A stretch of 63,315 nucleotides of DNA, counting the filler, from Collodictyon triciliatum (lineage: Eukaryota): NCBI GenBank assembly GCA_043381765.1. It is 23 parts of 23 records of this genome, joined end to end, with 100 filler letters (N's around TTAATTAATTAA, not from the genome) between each part and the next. Parts side by side here need not be neighbours in the genome. Positions count along the whole stretch, not along the records: positions 13,820 to 16,481 come from JBHJMP010008491.1; positions 16,582 to 19,237 come from JBHJMP010008492.1; positions 19,338 to 21,997 come from JBHJMP010008493.1; positions 22,098 to 24,757 come from JBHJMP010008494.1; positions 24,858 to 27,517 come from JBHJMP010008495.1; positions 27,618 to 30,274 come from JBHJMP010008496.1; 17 more parts are not named here. One strand, 5' to 3'. The position numbers were made by a program, and so were the translations under genes. The notes below the pieces were generated by a model that saw nothing but the letters and a program-made list of their open reading frames with translations, searched no databases and was not told the DNA's origin. Of the stretch, positions 13,720 to 27,801 are shown one piece after another (position 1 is the first letter of the stretch; each line of letters starts with the position of its first letter).

Positions 13720-13819
13720 NNNNNNNNNNNNNNNNNNNNNNNNNNNNNNNNNNNNNNNNNNNNTTAATTAATTAANNNNNNNNNNNNNNNNNNNNNNNNN
13801 NNNNNNNNNNNNNNNNNNN

Positions 13820-13902
<83 letters not shown>

Positions 13903-13959
13903 ATGAAACCAATCAAAGAAAAAAAAGAAATCGGTATCTTAAGTTCTCGCATGATTCAT

Positions 13960-15270
13960 TTTACAAGCGAACCAAAAACCTTGGGGTCGTCAGGCTCAAT
14001 CCAGTTTTGGATTCGGTTGACTGCAGGCCAAAACCAGGAGCATACGAATGCAAGGACAACGCGCATGAGCCGCTTGGAAAGCTTTCTTCTGAACTGGACG
14101 ACAACATATGTACCTTTCCCCCCAACGGAGTCATGTTCCTCCTGTTGTGTTTGGTTTTAAGTTTTTTTTATTATGATTTAATTTATCGATTTATGTAAGC
14201 CGCTTTTATATAAATCATGAAAGCGAACATGTAACTCGACCCGATGCGAAAGAAAAGAGGGATTCATAAAAGGGTAAAACGAAAACGGTGCGAATATGCC
14301 ATAACAGTTAAAGAAAATTCAAGAGGAAAAACCTTTAGTTTACTGAGGTATCTGTATGCTGATGCATAAAGAATTATGTTGAGACCCAAGGAAACGAGCA
14401 TGGGTATATACATAAAAAGAAACCGAGAAAGGTCATGCTCATCTGTAATCCAGCACCTATGCCAGGAAAAGCCTTTGCTAAGATGTATGGTTTATATCCT
14501 ATTCATTCAAAGTGCGATATTTTTTTCAAACCATAATCCAGCGGGACCCAACTCGTCCTTTGCATAGACTATTATTGTTGTAACTACGGGAGGTCCCCAA
14601 CCAATGAAATGGTTGTAGCACTCTGGGTTCTCAAACTATTATTTAAAAGTAAAATATAGTTTGTTTTTTTTTATTTGTGATGTTGTTCTTCATTCTCTCA
14701 GGTTAAATGTAGAAAAAATGCGAGTTACCAAAAAAAAAAAAAAAACTGAATACGATATATACTAATGGGTCATACACGAGGATTATTGCCCATGATACAT
14801 CGGAACAGGGTCGTTGCAATTGTAATCATCCACGTCAGATTTGCTACATTAAAGAACTGTATAATACCACCTACGAGTTATTGGGAATGATTTCTGATAT
14901 CTTTTCGCATGCCTCACTTCAAAAGGATTTTTGTCATAAAATGTAAAAACTATATGCATTAGGAAGAGGATATTAAGACAAGAAAATAAAAGTCGACCAA
15001 TGACAAAGCACCTTGTATTTGGCAAACTATGTTGACTGTTTTGTCGCTATCATCAATCCCCGAATCATCATAAAACTCGTTCAAGAAAGTACCAGCCGAT
15101 GTGAAAAAGTTGATGATTGCCAAAGTAAAAACCATGCCAAGAGACACAGATCGCACCTCCCGAAAGCGTGTGTAAGAGAAGATGACCAGAGAACAGGCAC
15201 ACAGCGACAACGAGCTGGAGAGGTAGACCAAGGCTCTAAGCGTCTTCGTTTCCTCTTGACTGAACCCCAT
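13960..15270 (-). CDS. cAMP-receptor-like (Dictyostelium CAR/Crl, plant GCR1 type) seven-transmembrane GPCR, 3' incomplete
   Basis: SSSLSLCACSLVIFSYTRFREVR, CQIQG, IIQFFNVANLTWMITIA, HFIGWGPP, GPAGLWCWI and RFLFMYIP. Confidence 0.8.
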
Positions 15271-15499
15271 TCTATCAGTTTTCGTCCCTGTTCACTTTTC
15301 CACTAGTGAGAAAGCATGCAACGGGAGTCCAAACATTACTTTAAAGAAGGCGATCTGATAGATTGCATTTTTTTTTTTTACAAGAGTTGCGAGCTTACGA
15401 CATTTGTTTTCTTCCAACGAACTTGGTATTATCTATTCCGAATTGACTTGGGCGCGATAAAAACAAATTCTGCAACGGGCTTCTGTACAAAAAGCCAAC

Positions 15500-16272
15500 A
15501 AATCAACGGCTCGTGTTTAGGAACAAGCAAAGGTATGATGGGCACACGCACGGCAAAAGCTGGAGACAAGCACGAACTCCGCAAGTCCTTCCAAATCGCA
15601 GCTCTCTAATGCTAAATATCACCAATAGGGAGCTATGGATAGGCACACGCGCGGCAAAAGCTGGCAAAGTCTCCCAACAATGCACACTTTGCAGCAACAG
15701 TGATGAATCTATTGAGCACACATTTGTGCAATGTATCTTCACTCAAAACCTGCGCGAAACAGCCAGCGAGATTCTTCGACTGATACTCAAGACGGCTGCA
15801 GCTGTTGGCCCAATCCAGGCGATACTTGGGCCTCTACAACAGCTGCATCCAGAGGCAAAAAAATACTCTGGGCAGTGACGCGAGGCCATTTGCTATGGAC
15901 TATGTGGATAGCGCGCATTTACTCACGCAATGCAAGACTCAACAACCAGCCACCCATTACTGATAATAGGCTGGATGACATCATACAAATCTCTTTACTC
16001 AACAGCTTCCTTCGCCATCTGCACGTTCTCTACTACTCAGACCCTGTGAGAAGAGACATGTGGAAGAAGCTGAGAAAGATATTCAACCTCGCCTTGTATC
16101 TCTTATGCAAGCACAAGACCCAGGCTACAGGACAAACCGCAGGATGCAATTCCTGATTACCGATTACTTCTCCCCCACCCGGCCAACAAGTAGCGTCCAT
16201 GCAAACGATGGCTAGCGAACCGAAGCCAACATCTACACCATCCTGCACAAAATTGAAAGGAAGAATAAAAAA
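15500..16272 (+). mobile_element. 5'-truncated non-LTR retrotransposon 3' end: zf-RVT zinc knuckle, 3' UTR and A-tail
   Basis: CTLCSNSDESIEHTFVQC (CCHC knuckle) and a frameshift at ~15860. The 3' UTR ends CACAAAATTGAAAGGAAGAATAAAAAA, shared with the copies at 35034 and 54169. Confidence 0.88.
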
Positions 16273-16697
16273 CAATGGAACCAATAATGAAAAATGAAAA
16301 ATGGAAAATGGAAAATGGAAAATGAAAAATGAAAAATGAAAAATGAATCAAGAATCAAGAATCAAGAATCAAGAATCAAGAAAAGAATCAAGAATCAAGA
16401 ATCAAGAATCAAGAATCAAGAATCAAGAATCAAGAATCAAGAATCAAGAATCAAGAATCAAGAATCAAGAATCAAGAATCANNNNNNNNNNNNNNNNNNN
16501 NNNNNNNNNNNNNNNNNNNNNNNNNTTAATTAATTAANNNNNNNNNNNNNNNNNNNNNNNNNNNNNNNNNNNNNNNNNNNNGAAGAGAGAGAAGAGAGAA
16601 GAGAGAAGAGAGAGAAGAGAGAGAAGAGAGAGAAGAGAGAGAAGAGAGAGAAGAGAGAGAAGAGAGAGAAGAGAGAAGAGAGAAGAAACAACTTACT

Positions 16698-18799
16698 TGG
16701 TCGACAGGTACGAATCCCCAACCACCAGAGTGATAGCCAAAAGAAGCGCCCTCTGGAATCGGTGCGTTGAGACCAGGGATACGGAGATTAGGATATGATG
16801 GAGGGGGGCCATAACGCTGCATGTTGATGAGCCAGGGTGGTGGGTATTTGGGGTCGTTGATGGGCATTCCAAGGGCTTTCTAGGTTCAACAAGGAGAATT
16901 TCAAATGAGCAAAAATTGAAAAATAAAAATAAAAATAATCAAAATATATAAACTTCTTAATTTATTGAGACGAATGTGAATTAATCATGGCTGACTTTGA
17001 GAGTATCTGATAGCCTCCCAGGAATTTGCTTCTTCATATCAACCTCAAATTCCTTCCCTTCGTAATACCTGCAAAATAAAATAAAATTAAATGAGCATAA
17101 ATAGTATATAGTGCTAGAATTTGCTTTCATCTATTTCGACAGGTGATTGCTCTTCAATTTTAATGGGCTGTTGTATCCCATTGATTTTAGCAACAAATTA
17201 CAAGTCTCCGTGCTTGGTGAGCTTCGGTTTTCTTTGGTGCTTGAAGAAAGCATCATGAAGGACCTAAATCAAGTATTGATACAAATTTTCAATATCATTC
17301 CCCTCATATCAAGCACTCGACATTACTATGATGCTAAGCATAAAGACTGACAAGAAAAAAAGGAAGAAAATAAGCAAAAGAAGCAAGTGCAATTAGTTTG
17401 ATCAATACTTGATAGTCGATGTTCATAATATTCATTTTCGGGTGTATCTTATCGCGCTGCTTTTGCTTCAGCTTCTTCTGGTCCTCCTTATCGGTATATG
17501 ATTGACGAATATCTTGAATTCCCGTATTTGCGATGAAATCTGTATGTTCGCCCTCATTAGTATTTTCTGAAACAAAATATAATATCATGCATATGATGTT
17601 ATTAGTCGGTGCGACTGGCCTGCCCCGCTGAATCAAAACATCATAGGTTACCGGGAAGTTTGAAGTTTGGTTTTTCATGTCCCCTCTTAGCTTGAAGGAA
17701 CTTTCTTCTTTGGCACCAGTGGGTTGGAACAGGAACCGTATTTCGGTATGCCTTTAAGTGAACCAACAAGCGGGGATCTGATGCGTTCACATCATGAATC
17801 TATTGTGGAAGGGGAAAATATAAAGGAACACACCAGAGCATATCTATATTGATAAAGTAATCACAATCACAATCTTTATCATTGTTATAATAAAAAAAAT
17901 TGAAAGGGGGATTATGTTCTAAAATCATCTGAAAGTCACCAAGAGCTTAGTTATATCCATCAAAATACACAACCTCCACAACATCTGGCCTCTTTACGAG
18001 CGACTTCAACTCTGCAACGCTCAACCTATTCTCGAGCTTCCTCTGTTTCTTTGACTTTTTCTTTTCCTCTGTTTCATCTTCGTCGCCATCTATGGTCTTT
18101 TCAATAATTTCCTCTTTCTTTGGAGCCTGAGCTACCTCTTCAACCACCTCCTAACATGAGCATGTCAGGGTTCTAATTCAGTCCCAAAAGAAACATACAG
18201 TAGCTACATCAAACAAATAAAAGAAAGGAAGAAAGGAAGAAAGGAAGAAAGGAAGAAAGGAAGAAAGGAAGAAAGGAAGAAAGGAAGAAAGGAAGAAAGG
18301 AAGAAAGGAAGAAAGGAAGAAAGGAAGAAAGGAAGAAAGGAAGAAAGGAAGAAAGGAAGAAAGGAAGAAAGGAAGAAATATCAATAAATTAGATTGATAT
18401 CGGAACCATTATGACCTCAGCTTTTATGCCTGCATCTTTCCGCCCAAGCTTTGAAAAACGTGAAAACACTTCTTGAAACTCGGCAAATGTAGGATCGTCG
18501 ATTTCCACAGTTTCAGGGACATATTCGATCTCAACATCATCCTTCTGCAGAGTAACTCATTTTAGAACACTTCATCTGAAGGAAAGATTGCAGCAGAGAG
18601 AAAGAGATGTGATGAAGCATACCAGTTCCTCCTCCTCTTTGAGCTTCTGATCCGGGCCGGTAAAGTCCTTGTGATGCTTTCTCTTCTTTTTCTTGTTTTT
18701 CTTCTTCGAACCTGCAGACACAGACATCACTTCGTTCTTGATCTCATCCACCTGTGCTGAGAGGTTCCAGCCCTCTGCTTCAGTCTCACCTGCTCCCAT
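16698..18799 (-). CDS. SF3B2: Splicing factor 3B subunit 2 (SAP145/Cus1), 3' incomplete
   Basis: RLSVAELKSLVKRPDVVE, DPRLLVHLKAYRNTVPVPTHWCQRRKFLQ, HPKMNIMNIDYQ, and the PSP motif PPPWLINMQRYGPPPSYPNLRIPGLNAPIPEGASFGYH. Confidence 0.96.
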
Positions 18800-19141
18800 A
18801 CCCTTACCCGACAGTCCGTTAGTAATATTTCGTCGCCATAAAAAAAAAACAACTTAAAAACATAAAAACATAAAAAACTTGAGAACACAAAACACAAATA
18901 CATAGAGAAACATAGAAGAAGCATAAATGCATGATAACATAAAAACTTAACAAAATAGAAAAACAGAAAAACACAAAAACACAAAACATAGAAACCATAA
19001 AACTCTGTGTCTCATCACAGCCGTGCTTGGTTGCATGAATAACAGCATTGCACTCTCCCGCCCCAAAGGAAAAAGCCTGGGGCACCTGATCATCACTTCG
19101 AAGTCGCCCCACTGAACGCCCGCAGCCTCCGTCTTCCCCAA

Positions 19142-19237
<96 letters not shown>

Positions 19238-19337
19238 NNNNNNNNNNNNNNNNNNNNNNNNNNNNNNNNNNNNNNNNNNNNTTAATTAATTAANNNNNNN
19301 NNNNNNNNNNNNNNNNNNNNNNNNNNNNNNNNNNNNN

Positions 19338-19930
19338 CATGACCGTAAACTTTGCAGGGAGCTGGTTCTTGTGACAAAGAAGCTTCACCACGGCCGTGTC
19401 TGTGAAGAAGCCTTTGTCCTTTTTGATGTCTACGTGTGGGTCGGTCTGAACGGTTTCAGCTCTTCACGAAGGAGTTGCGGCCACACGTCCAGCGGTAGTT
19501 GATAGATCATCACCGAGGTCTCTGTTGGTTTACTTCTGCTGAAGCTGATCATATTATCGATCAAACTTACCTGCTTCAGTTCCAGAAGCTTTCGGGCGTT
19601 TTCTGCAGTGCGGAAGGCGATCAGGCAAATGCCTTCACTGTCCGGTAAGCGCAACTGGATGGACTCTTCCCAAAGTTTGTTCGCTTTCAAGAAGGAGGCG
19701 AGCGCATCTGTGAGCCTGCGGGCCTTATTCGTGTTGTTAACGACTTGCTCGACAACGTGCAAAAATACCGATCAGACAGACTTGCAGGCGGCTTCCTTGC
19801 ACGAGTCTTCCTGGGCTTGTGCGCAACTCGGGGTGTTTTTCCGCACCAGCGTTTGAACTAGAAGAACTGGCTGCAACTTGCAAAGTCTTCGACGGGTCGC
19901 GGGTTGTGTTTTGGCATCTGGCGCGTCCTT
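19338..19930 (-). mobile_element. Retrotransposon ORF1 (gag-like) 5' region, copy 1
   Basis: Highly similar to 54615-55065 on another contig (ARRLTDALASFL..NKLWEESIQLRL...SVMIYQLPLDVWPQ). Intronless, carries disabling indels, and has an L1/Tx1 ORF1-like pattern. Confidence 0.7.
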
Positions 19931-20251
19931 ATGTTTTCAACCCAAGGGCGCCGGGGCATATGCGCCCACCAACCAGCCCTTCCACCCGCGCATTCACACA
20001 AACACACAAGCCTCTCACCACCACATGGGCAACAACCAACGCTCGAACCGGAAGCAAAGAAAGACGGCAAATAACCACACGAGTCATCACCATCATCATC
20101 GTCATCACCATCACCATAGAAAAAGAAAAAGAAGAAGAAGAGCACATTAGCAACCTGCGGCCTTAACCGCACCGACGCGCACACAAACACCGAGACCCGC
20201 GCACCAGACGGGATAGTTCATGAGGCCGGGCGCAGAGCCAAAGCCGAGGGG

Positions 20252-20758
20252 CTAGGACATGGCGGGGATCATGTCGTAGGAGTAGCCGGGGACGCGCATG
20301 TAGGCCAGGTAGGCGATGGCCAGGTGGTAGAGGCCGGGCAGCAGCAGCAGGAAGGCGAGGAAGAGCACGATGAACGCCCGCTCCCACTCGCGCATGGGCA
20401 CCACGCCCGCAAGCACAAGCCCCGCCCCGACCAGCAGCCCCGCCCCGACCAGCGTCAGCACCGCCGCCAGCCAGATCGCCCGCCGCTGCGCATCGCTCGC
20501 GTGCAGCCTTCGCCGCTGCAGCTCCCGCCACTCCGCCTCCGCCCCGTCCGCCACCTCCGTGCCCACCCGCTGGTACCCCCGTCGCTGCGCCGCCGAGGCC
20601 CCCCTGCCCCATGCCGCCGCCCTCCTCCTCTCCCTCTTCGCCTCCGTCTCCGTCTCCATCTCCGTCTCCATCTCCATCTCCATCTCCGTTTGGATCAGCG
20701 GCTCCGTCTCCAGGTTGCTCGCCGATCGCAGCGGGGTTTGCTTGGTGCTGCTGCTCAT
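20252..20758 (-). CDS. TMEM230: TMEM230/TMEM134-family two-transmembrane protein
   Basis: AIWLAAVLTLVGAGLL...LLLLPGLYHLAIAYLAYMRVPGYSYDMIP matches the family C-terminal signature. Intronless and GC-rich. Confidence 0.85.
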   Translation of the reverse strand: MSSSTKQTPLRSASNLETEPLIQTEMEMEMETEMETETEAKRERRRAAAWGRGASAAQRRGYQRVGTEVADGAEAEWRELQRRRLHASDAQRRAIWLAAVLTLVGAGLLVGAGLVLAGVVPMREWERAFIVLFLAFLLLLPGLYHLAIAYLAYMRVPGYSYDMIPAMS

Positions 20759-22260
20759 CTCCGTCTCCCCTCCTGCCGGGCCTGTCCTTTGGTATCTTTT
20801 CTGTCTGTGTGTTTGTGTGGATGAGCAATGGACCAAACGCGAGGAGGAGAGGGGGGGGGGTTTGTGCCGTTGTTCGTGCGGTGGTGGGGTGGCTTGGGTT
20901 GATCACAAACGAGCAGACCTTTCCTTTTATCTTGCTTTTTCTTGTTTCTTTTTTCTTTGGATAAATTTGTTTTCCTCTTGTGATCTGATCCCGTGGCAGA
21001 GGCAGACAGCTGCGATCGTGGCGGCGTTGGGTGGGTGGGGATCACGCAGAGCCTATGGGCGGCGCAAGGGTGTGGAAGCGCGGGCCCTTCTCGATGTGGA
21101 TGTCTCCGTACGGCTGCGCTTGCGTGACGGCAATGAAGTTTTGTGTCTTGAGCACTATGCCGGGGTATTTTGTTTGGTTCTTTGGTTGGTTGGTTGGTTG
21201 GTTGGTTGGTGCGACTGCTCGGATGTGCTGCACCTACCGAGAATCTGGAAGAAGGACGCCGCAACTGTTTTGCGGGAGCAGCCCTGTACCATGGAGCTGA
21301 ATGACGTGTTCTCTTGGAGAGTTTCGTGGAGATAACTGGTTGGGTTCGGTTTTCGATCCGAGGTGCGGATGAGATCGGTGGGGAGAAAGAGCATGTGTGC
21401 ATTTGTATGAAGCATTCACTTGCATATATGTATGGCCTTGGCTGCAATTCTCATCACACGCTGTGATTGAAAAAAGGAAGCAAAAGGAAAGGATCGACTC
21501 ACGCCAACATCCGTGCCGTGCGAATGTCAAACGCTGCCTCCTCAAAACTCTCCAGCGGGCTGTGCCCATGTGTCTTTGCCTGCGTCTCCAGTAGATCTGC
21601 CCATCGCCAGGTCATCGTTTCATAATCGAATGAAAACAAGAAGGGTACCATGAGAGAAAACGTGTTTCAGATTGGGATTTACATAAAGAATGGTCTTTGT
21701 AATGAGAGTATAGATATCGAAGAAAGGAGCTCGCAGCAACTGTTTTTCGTTTCTTTTCAAAAGGAAAAATTAAAGTATGAAGGAAAGAAAGCCGGCAGAA
21801 GGATAAGAAAGGTGGTTCCGTTCTGTCAGAGGCATTTAAAGAAGGGGCGGTTGCCAATAGCGATGCCACAAAAGGCCATGAATCTGAATGGAAACGTCTC
21901 TCTATCTCTATCTCTATCTCTATCTCTATCTCTATCTCTATCTCTATCTCTATCTCTATCTCTATCTCTATCTCTATCTCTATCTCTATCTCTATCTNNN
22001 NNNNNNNNNNNNNNNNNNNNNNNNNNNNNNNNNNNNNNNNNTTAATTAATTAANNNNNNNNNNNNNNNNNNNNNNNNNNNNNNNNNNNNNNNNNNNNTAA
22101 GAATAAAAATAAGAATAAAAATAAGAATAAAAATAAGAATAAAAATAAGAATAAAAATAAGAATAAAAATAAGAATAAAAATAAGAATAAAAATAAAAAA
22201 CAAAAATAGCACAATATATTCCTAAAAGAAACATCAACTCATTTTCTCTCTCTCTCCAAG

Positions 22261-24575
22261 GTGTTCACTTCATACCGAGTCCTCTTTTTTCCATCGCCTG
22301 TGGTTGAAAGTAGAACGAAAGTAGATACGGACAAAGTATCTCTCTATTTCTTTATTATATATTCATCGTTTATTTGTTTACCATGGGTTTATTCTCATTG
22401 ATCTTGACATCATGGAAAATCGAACATGAATATGATACAGCGTCAATTATTTTGAATGCCCAGGACAAATGTGTTGTCCACACAATACCCTTAGCGGCAA
22501 TATCGAGAGTAGAAAAAATCGGAGGCACAAAAGGAGTCACTATTTGGGATGGCGGAGTCAGCCTATCGATGGAGGCGGTGCGACGTATAATGGACAGGCA
22601 AGTATCTCACAGTGAGAGCAAATTGTGCTGATATTTTAATCACCATTTACATATTCTTTCATAATTCCACTTCTCTTTTCTTCTTTTGTTCTTTCTTTTT
22701 CTCTTTCTGCCACCACAATTATCCATCGGATTTAGGCCTGCAATTTTATAAAAGATAAGTATCCTCCAAGTTTTAATGTTGATGAGACATTACAGGGTGC
22801 TGATCATATATTGCAAAGATTTCCGGCGGTTTTACTTCAGCTTCCATCCAAAATCACGAGTACACACAATCCCCTCTCTTAATACCATAACCCACTTTTC
22901 TAATGTAATTTCGGAGAGAAAAAAAGAAGGAGGGAAGCAATATCAAAGACACTCAAAGATTTTAGAGCAACATAAATTAAAAGACATATGGATATTTACA
23001 TAACATTCACTAGTGAAAAATGCCAACCAATACTTTAAATCCCATCCTTCCATCAGAGTCGGTCGCACGCATTTGTACTTTTGGAGTCCAACCTCAGCAA
23101 GCTTTCGGCCAGATGCAACTTTGCTTTCTCTTACAAACACCGCATCCGTTCCTTCGCATGGGACAAGCCCCTTGTGACATCTGCAGACCAGCCCCACACT
23201 CTACTAGAAGAAAATCCTCACGAGGCGATAAAACACACAACTGATGATGATGATGATGATGATGATGTAAACATCGTTATCCCATCCGGCATCGTTGCTG
23301 CTCGGCTGGCAAAGTTTTCCATTCGACCGCTCCCGCTTCCACAAAAGACCACATACCTAAAACTCGAGGACAAGAATACCCAAAAATCGCACTTTCTATC
23401 GAATCAAATCACCGCAGCTGATAAGCAGGAAAAACATCACGAACATCATCACCGCCTTCAACACAAAGTCACCTCCAATCTTTCTGTTCGTTCTCCTCCC
23501 ACAGTTCCACCGAAACCAACTTACATCAGTACCGAGGTGTCGTCAGTCTTACTGTCGTATACGCAGGGTTCTGCTCGCTCCCTGGCGTCCACAAAAACTT
23601 CATCATCTTCATCAGGTGTATCAAACAGCACAAGTCGTTCGGACCCAGTGAAAGCAATGGCACGACCAAAGGGCAACGAATTGGCTGGAGCAGTCAAAGT
23701 CTTTGATGTTGCATCGGCCCGTGTGGACGAGTCGCAAAGGAAAATGATAAATGGCTGGACCTTGTTTGATACAATGCGAGAGTTTCGGCGCCAAAACGCA
23801 TTGAATCCGTCTTTGGAGTCGCACGGGTGGCGAATATCAGAGGTGAATGTGATTTGGCAGGTTGCAGAAAGTTATCCCTCAAGGATAGTTTTGCCGAGTG
23901 CGTTTCGTGATTTGGATGTGCTGGAAGCTGCAAAACATAGAACCATATCGCGATTCCCTATCTTGATGTGGTTTCATTCTTACTCAAGAGGATTCATCGC
24001 ACGATGTAGCGAACCGGTTGGAAATCCAGATTGCAGCGAGAATTGCCGAGAAAATAATTTACTAGTTGCTGCGATGAAGAAAGTCTTTGTTATTTTAACT
24101 AAATGAATGGAAATATATAATTTATTCCTTCTCTTTTTTTCTTGCTGTTAATTTACTTTAAATACCCTTATTCATAGTTTTTCTTCTCCTTTCTCCTTCT
24201 GCTTTTTTTCTTCTTAATTGAAGCGTAGACTCTAAAAGCATCTGGAAAGATTGTCCTTGTAGAGGAAAAGATGCGCCCATCGCCACTCCTGAATGAGCAA
24301 GTGCAGGCCACCAAGTCACTTATTCCTAATCACATCGAAAATGTAACCATAGAAGTGGCCGGATTCGAATCTCTGGAGTCGCGGGCAGATAGTCTGATGA
24401 AGTTAGAAGAGCTGGTTTGTATGAATTACATTCACGCTTTCATCCACATTTCCCTTTCTCCTTTTCCCCTTCTCTTTTCCATGCCACCACCGAATAGTTC
24501 AATCTTTTTCATAGATGTATGCCCAGCTTGAAGAAGAAGAGGAAGATGATTGGTTGGTCAAGTGGGAAGAAACGA
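22261..24575 (+). CDS. Myotubularin-related protein (PH-GRAM plus phosphatase-domain N-terminus), partial
   Basis: IPLAAISRVEKIGG, LIIYCKDFRRFYFSF, NGWTLFDTMREFRRQ and WRISEVN...SYPSRIVLP...HRTISRFPILMWFH. Confidence 0.88.
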
Positions 24576-24659
24576 GTATGTATTCTACTTTATATTCTCG
24601 TTTGGGCTTTACAAATCATGAATATTCTCTTTTCTATTGCTGATTTTGCTGCCCTATGA

Positions 24660-24698
<39 letters not shown>

Positions 24699-27433
24699 TG
24701 GGCCTTTCCCCTAAAAAACCATTTTTTTATAATTTTTTTTTTTTTTCTTTTTGTTTTNNNNNNNNNNNNNNNNNNNNNNNNNNNNNNNNNNNNNNNNNNN
24801 NTTAATTAATTAANNNNNNNNNNNNNNNNNNNNNNNNNNNNNNNNNNNNNNNNNNNNTTAAAGCATCAGAGCGATATAAAATTATTACCAATGGTGACCA
24901 TAACACGATTTAAAATAGTTACAAATATCCTTTGACATGCGTTAAACTTATGAGCAGGTTTTTTTGGCATGCTTAAAATACTTTCGAGAGTTTTTTCTTC
25001 CTTCATATAGCATTAAGTTGATAGATTAGGTTTTATACATATTTGCAGTGTGGAGAAATTTTGGTGAATTTTTTAATTGTAGTATTTGGCCCAAATATAA
25101 ATATGCTTGAGTGAGTATGGCTTGATAGTATTATGATGGCAAGGTAATATCTTATTGCTATTAATAATGGGCATTTTATGTTTAGTTATGGAAAATATAT
25201 AATTATTTTTTTATGTCTATGTTAAAATGTTCCATGTTTTTTTTATGTTTTTTTACTTGAAAACATAATTTGGTATTTTTGTCTAATTTATCTTTCGATT
25301 AATTTGTGTTTCATCATGGTATTTATTTGTTTAATTATTGATGTATGATTAAAAGGTTAAAAATAACTTGGTTTGCTAGACATATTTTTGGTTTTGAGTC
25401 AATTTATTTTCCATTGGCCATATTCTAATGCACATACCCGAAACATAACGAATATGTATCGATACTTGAATGATGATGGACATGATTAAACTTTAAGAAA
25501 GATTTGTTATCGCCTAAGGCATAAAAACAGTCTTACACTTAAGTCGGTGATATTGAATGTGAAAATGGAAGTCGTGTACAGTGCTGCTTGAAAATACTGA
25601 ACTATTTAACGAAAACACACTTACCCCAGGTTACCAACCTGAATTTATTTGAACTTGATTATGAGCAGTCGTGCTTAAAAAATTACATATTTTAAAAAAG
25701 TGTTGTAGAATATAATTGTTTAGCAGATTACAAACTTAAAATAAATAAAAGTGTCTTTTTTACAAGATTTTATAATTAGGATATATCAATAATTGCTCAC
25801 GGATGCAGATGGCTTGAGGTATGCTTCATGGATGACTGTGCAGATCTGCTACATAATATGTAATATTAGCAGTGGGTGGCAGTTTGTAACATCGCTAGTT
25901 ACCGTTTTATTCCAGCCTTCTCTAGTGTTAAGTATTGATAAATGCTACAATAGTATAATTATCATTTTTGAATATAGGATGGTGATAAGGTTTATAAAAG
26001 GATTTTATCGAGATATTATGTTATGACTGAACAACTATAAAGCCCAAATCATTACTTCAATAAAAGCATAACAGAAAGTGTAGATGAGCAAAGAAGAGCG
26101 AGAAAATGAGAAACAAAATATATATAAATAAAAATATAAAAGAAAACAATAAAAAAAAACAATAAAAAAGAATAAAAAAGCAAAAAAAGCGAAAAAAAAA
26201 ACAGAAAGAAAATAGAAAACAAGAAAGACGACATGTTTCTTTTCTACGAGTCATATTTTTTTTTTGTTTGTTGTGTTGTGTTGTGTGAGGAAACTGTAGG
26301 CAAGGTCAATCCATATAGTTGTGCATTTGCCAGTCTGTCATAGCGGGAGAATGTCTTCTGTACAATTATACATGACAAACAACGCATAGGCAATCACCTC
26401 AGCAGTGTTCAGCTTCAGGGGTACAGTCGCACAACTCCGCTCACACAACTACACAAAGGTCGAAGCAGGTCGACAGAAAAGCCTATAATAATCAACATAA
26501 ACGCGAAAAGGTGGCGATGAGCATTCTCAACACAAGAAAAACACACCTGAGTAGTCTTTTTTTATAATTGATTTATGGGCAGAAATCGCACGAACGAAAG
26601 GGGTTTCTTTTTTGTGTTTTGCTTCCACTGTTTGGCTGTGTATCAAAAGTTATAGTCGCAGATGATAAGGAGACAAAACAAAACAAAACAAAACAAAACA
26701 AAACAAAACAAAACAAAACAAAACAAAACAAAACAAAACAAAACAAAACAAAACAAAACAAAACAAAACAAAACAAAATAGTGTAGTACTTTTTAGTTAT
26801 CAGAATTATAGGTGATGGGTATGAAAAAATGATACGGATGGATTGAGAAACACTTCAATAAATAATATTAGATGCAATAGAAGACGCATAACCTTTTTTT
26901 ATCTTTATATGTATGTCCTAAATCCCAGGTATATAAACATATGATAATTGTTCATTATACTTGTTAAGGTTTAATGGCAATTCTGATGATGCGTGAGAAG
27001 GTATGCCATAGTCGACCATACATATGATTACCGGACGTATAGGAAAGGTTTCTTTCTTGCATCAATTTATGCAGAATGTTGTATTTGAGTATATTAAACA
27101 ATTAAAGCATACCACCTTTCCTTTCAATATCATTATTTTTTGATATATTGCGTTCAATTGCATATGCTGTCAGTTTTGGCTTGAAACATGGAATCACCGT
27201 AGATTATAACTATTTTCTGTTAAAAGTAGAACCGATGAGGGTGAACGGTTTTCTTTACCAATATTTTTTTAAAAACTTTATTATATAAGCTGACAACCTT
27301 TTGCTGGGCAATGAAAAGGACTCACATTCTGTAAAAATTTACTTAATTCATATATATATAATTGTGAATGCATAATTATATTATAAATGAAAATAAGGAC
27401 TGAAATATTTTGAAAATCATACCTATCCCCATA

Positions 27434-27517
<84 letters not shown>

Positions 27518-27706
27518 NNNNNNNNNNNNNNNNNNNNNNNNNNNNNNNNNNNNNNNNNNNNTTAATTAATTAANNNNNNNNNNNNNNNNNNNNNNNNNNN
27601 NNNNNNNNNNNNNNNNNATACATACATACATACATACATACATACATACATACATACATACATACATACATACATACATACATACATACATACATACATA
27701 CATACA

Positions 27707-27738
<32 letters not shown>

Positions 27739-27801
27739 CGTATATAATGGAGTGCAGCATTTTTTTTTTATCCTTTTGTAATTTTTACCATTCTAAACCA
27801 G

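Noticed and set aside
20163-21447. Several long overlapping ORFs around TMEM230
   Set aside because: Shadow ORFs of GC-rich sequence. Only the TMEM230 frame has a recognisable family signature.
24858-27330. AT-rich contig with faint minus-strand peptide hints of a decayed protein-primed DNA polymerase (YYVAD, IFYN..KY, YGDS...TDSI)
   Set aside because: No ORF, and the motifs are too degenerate to support by eye. A frameshift-aware search against pPolB profiles would decide.
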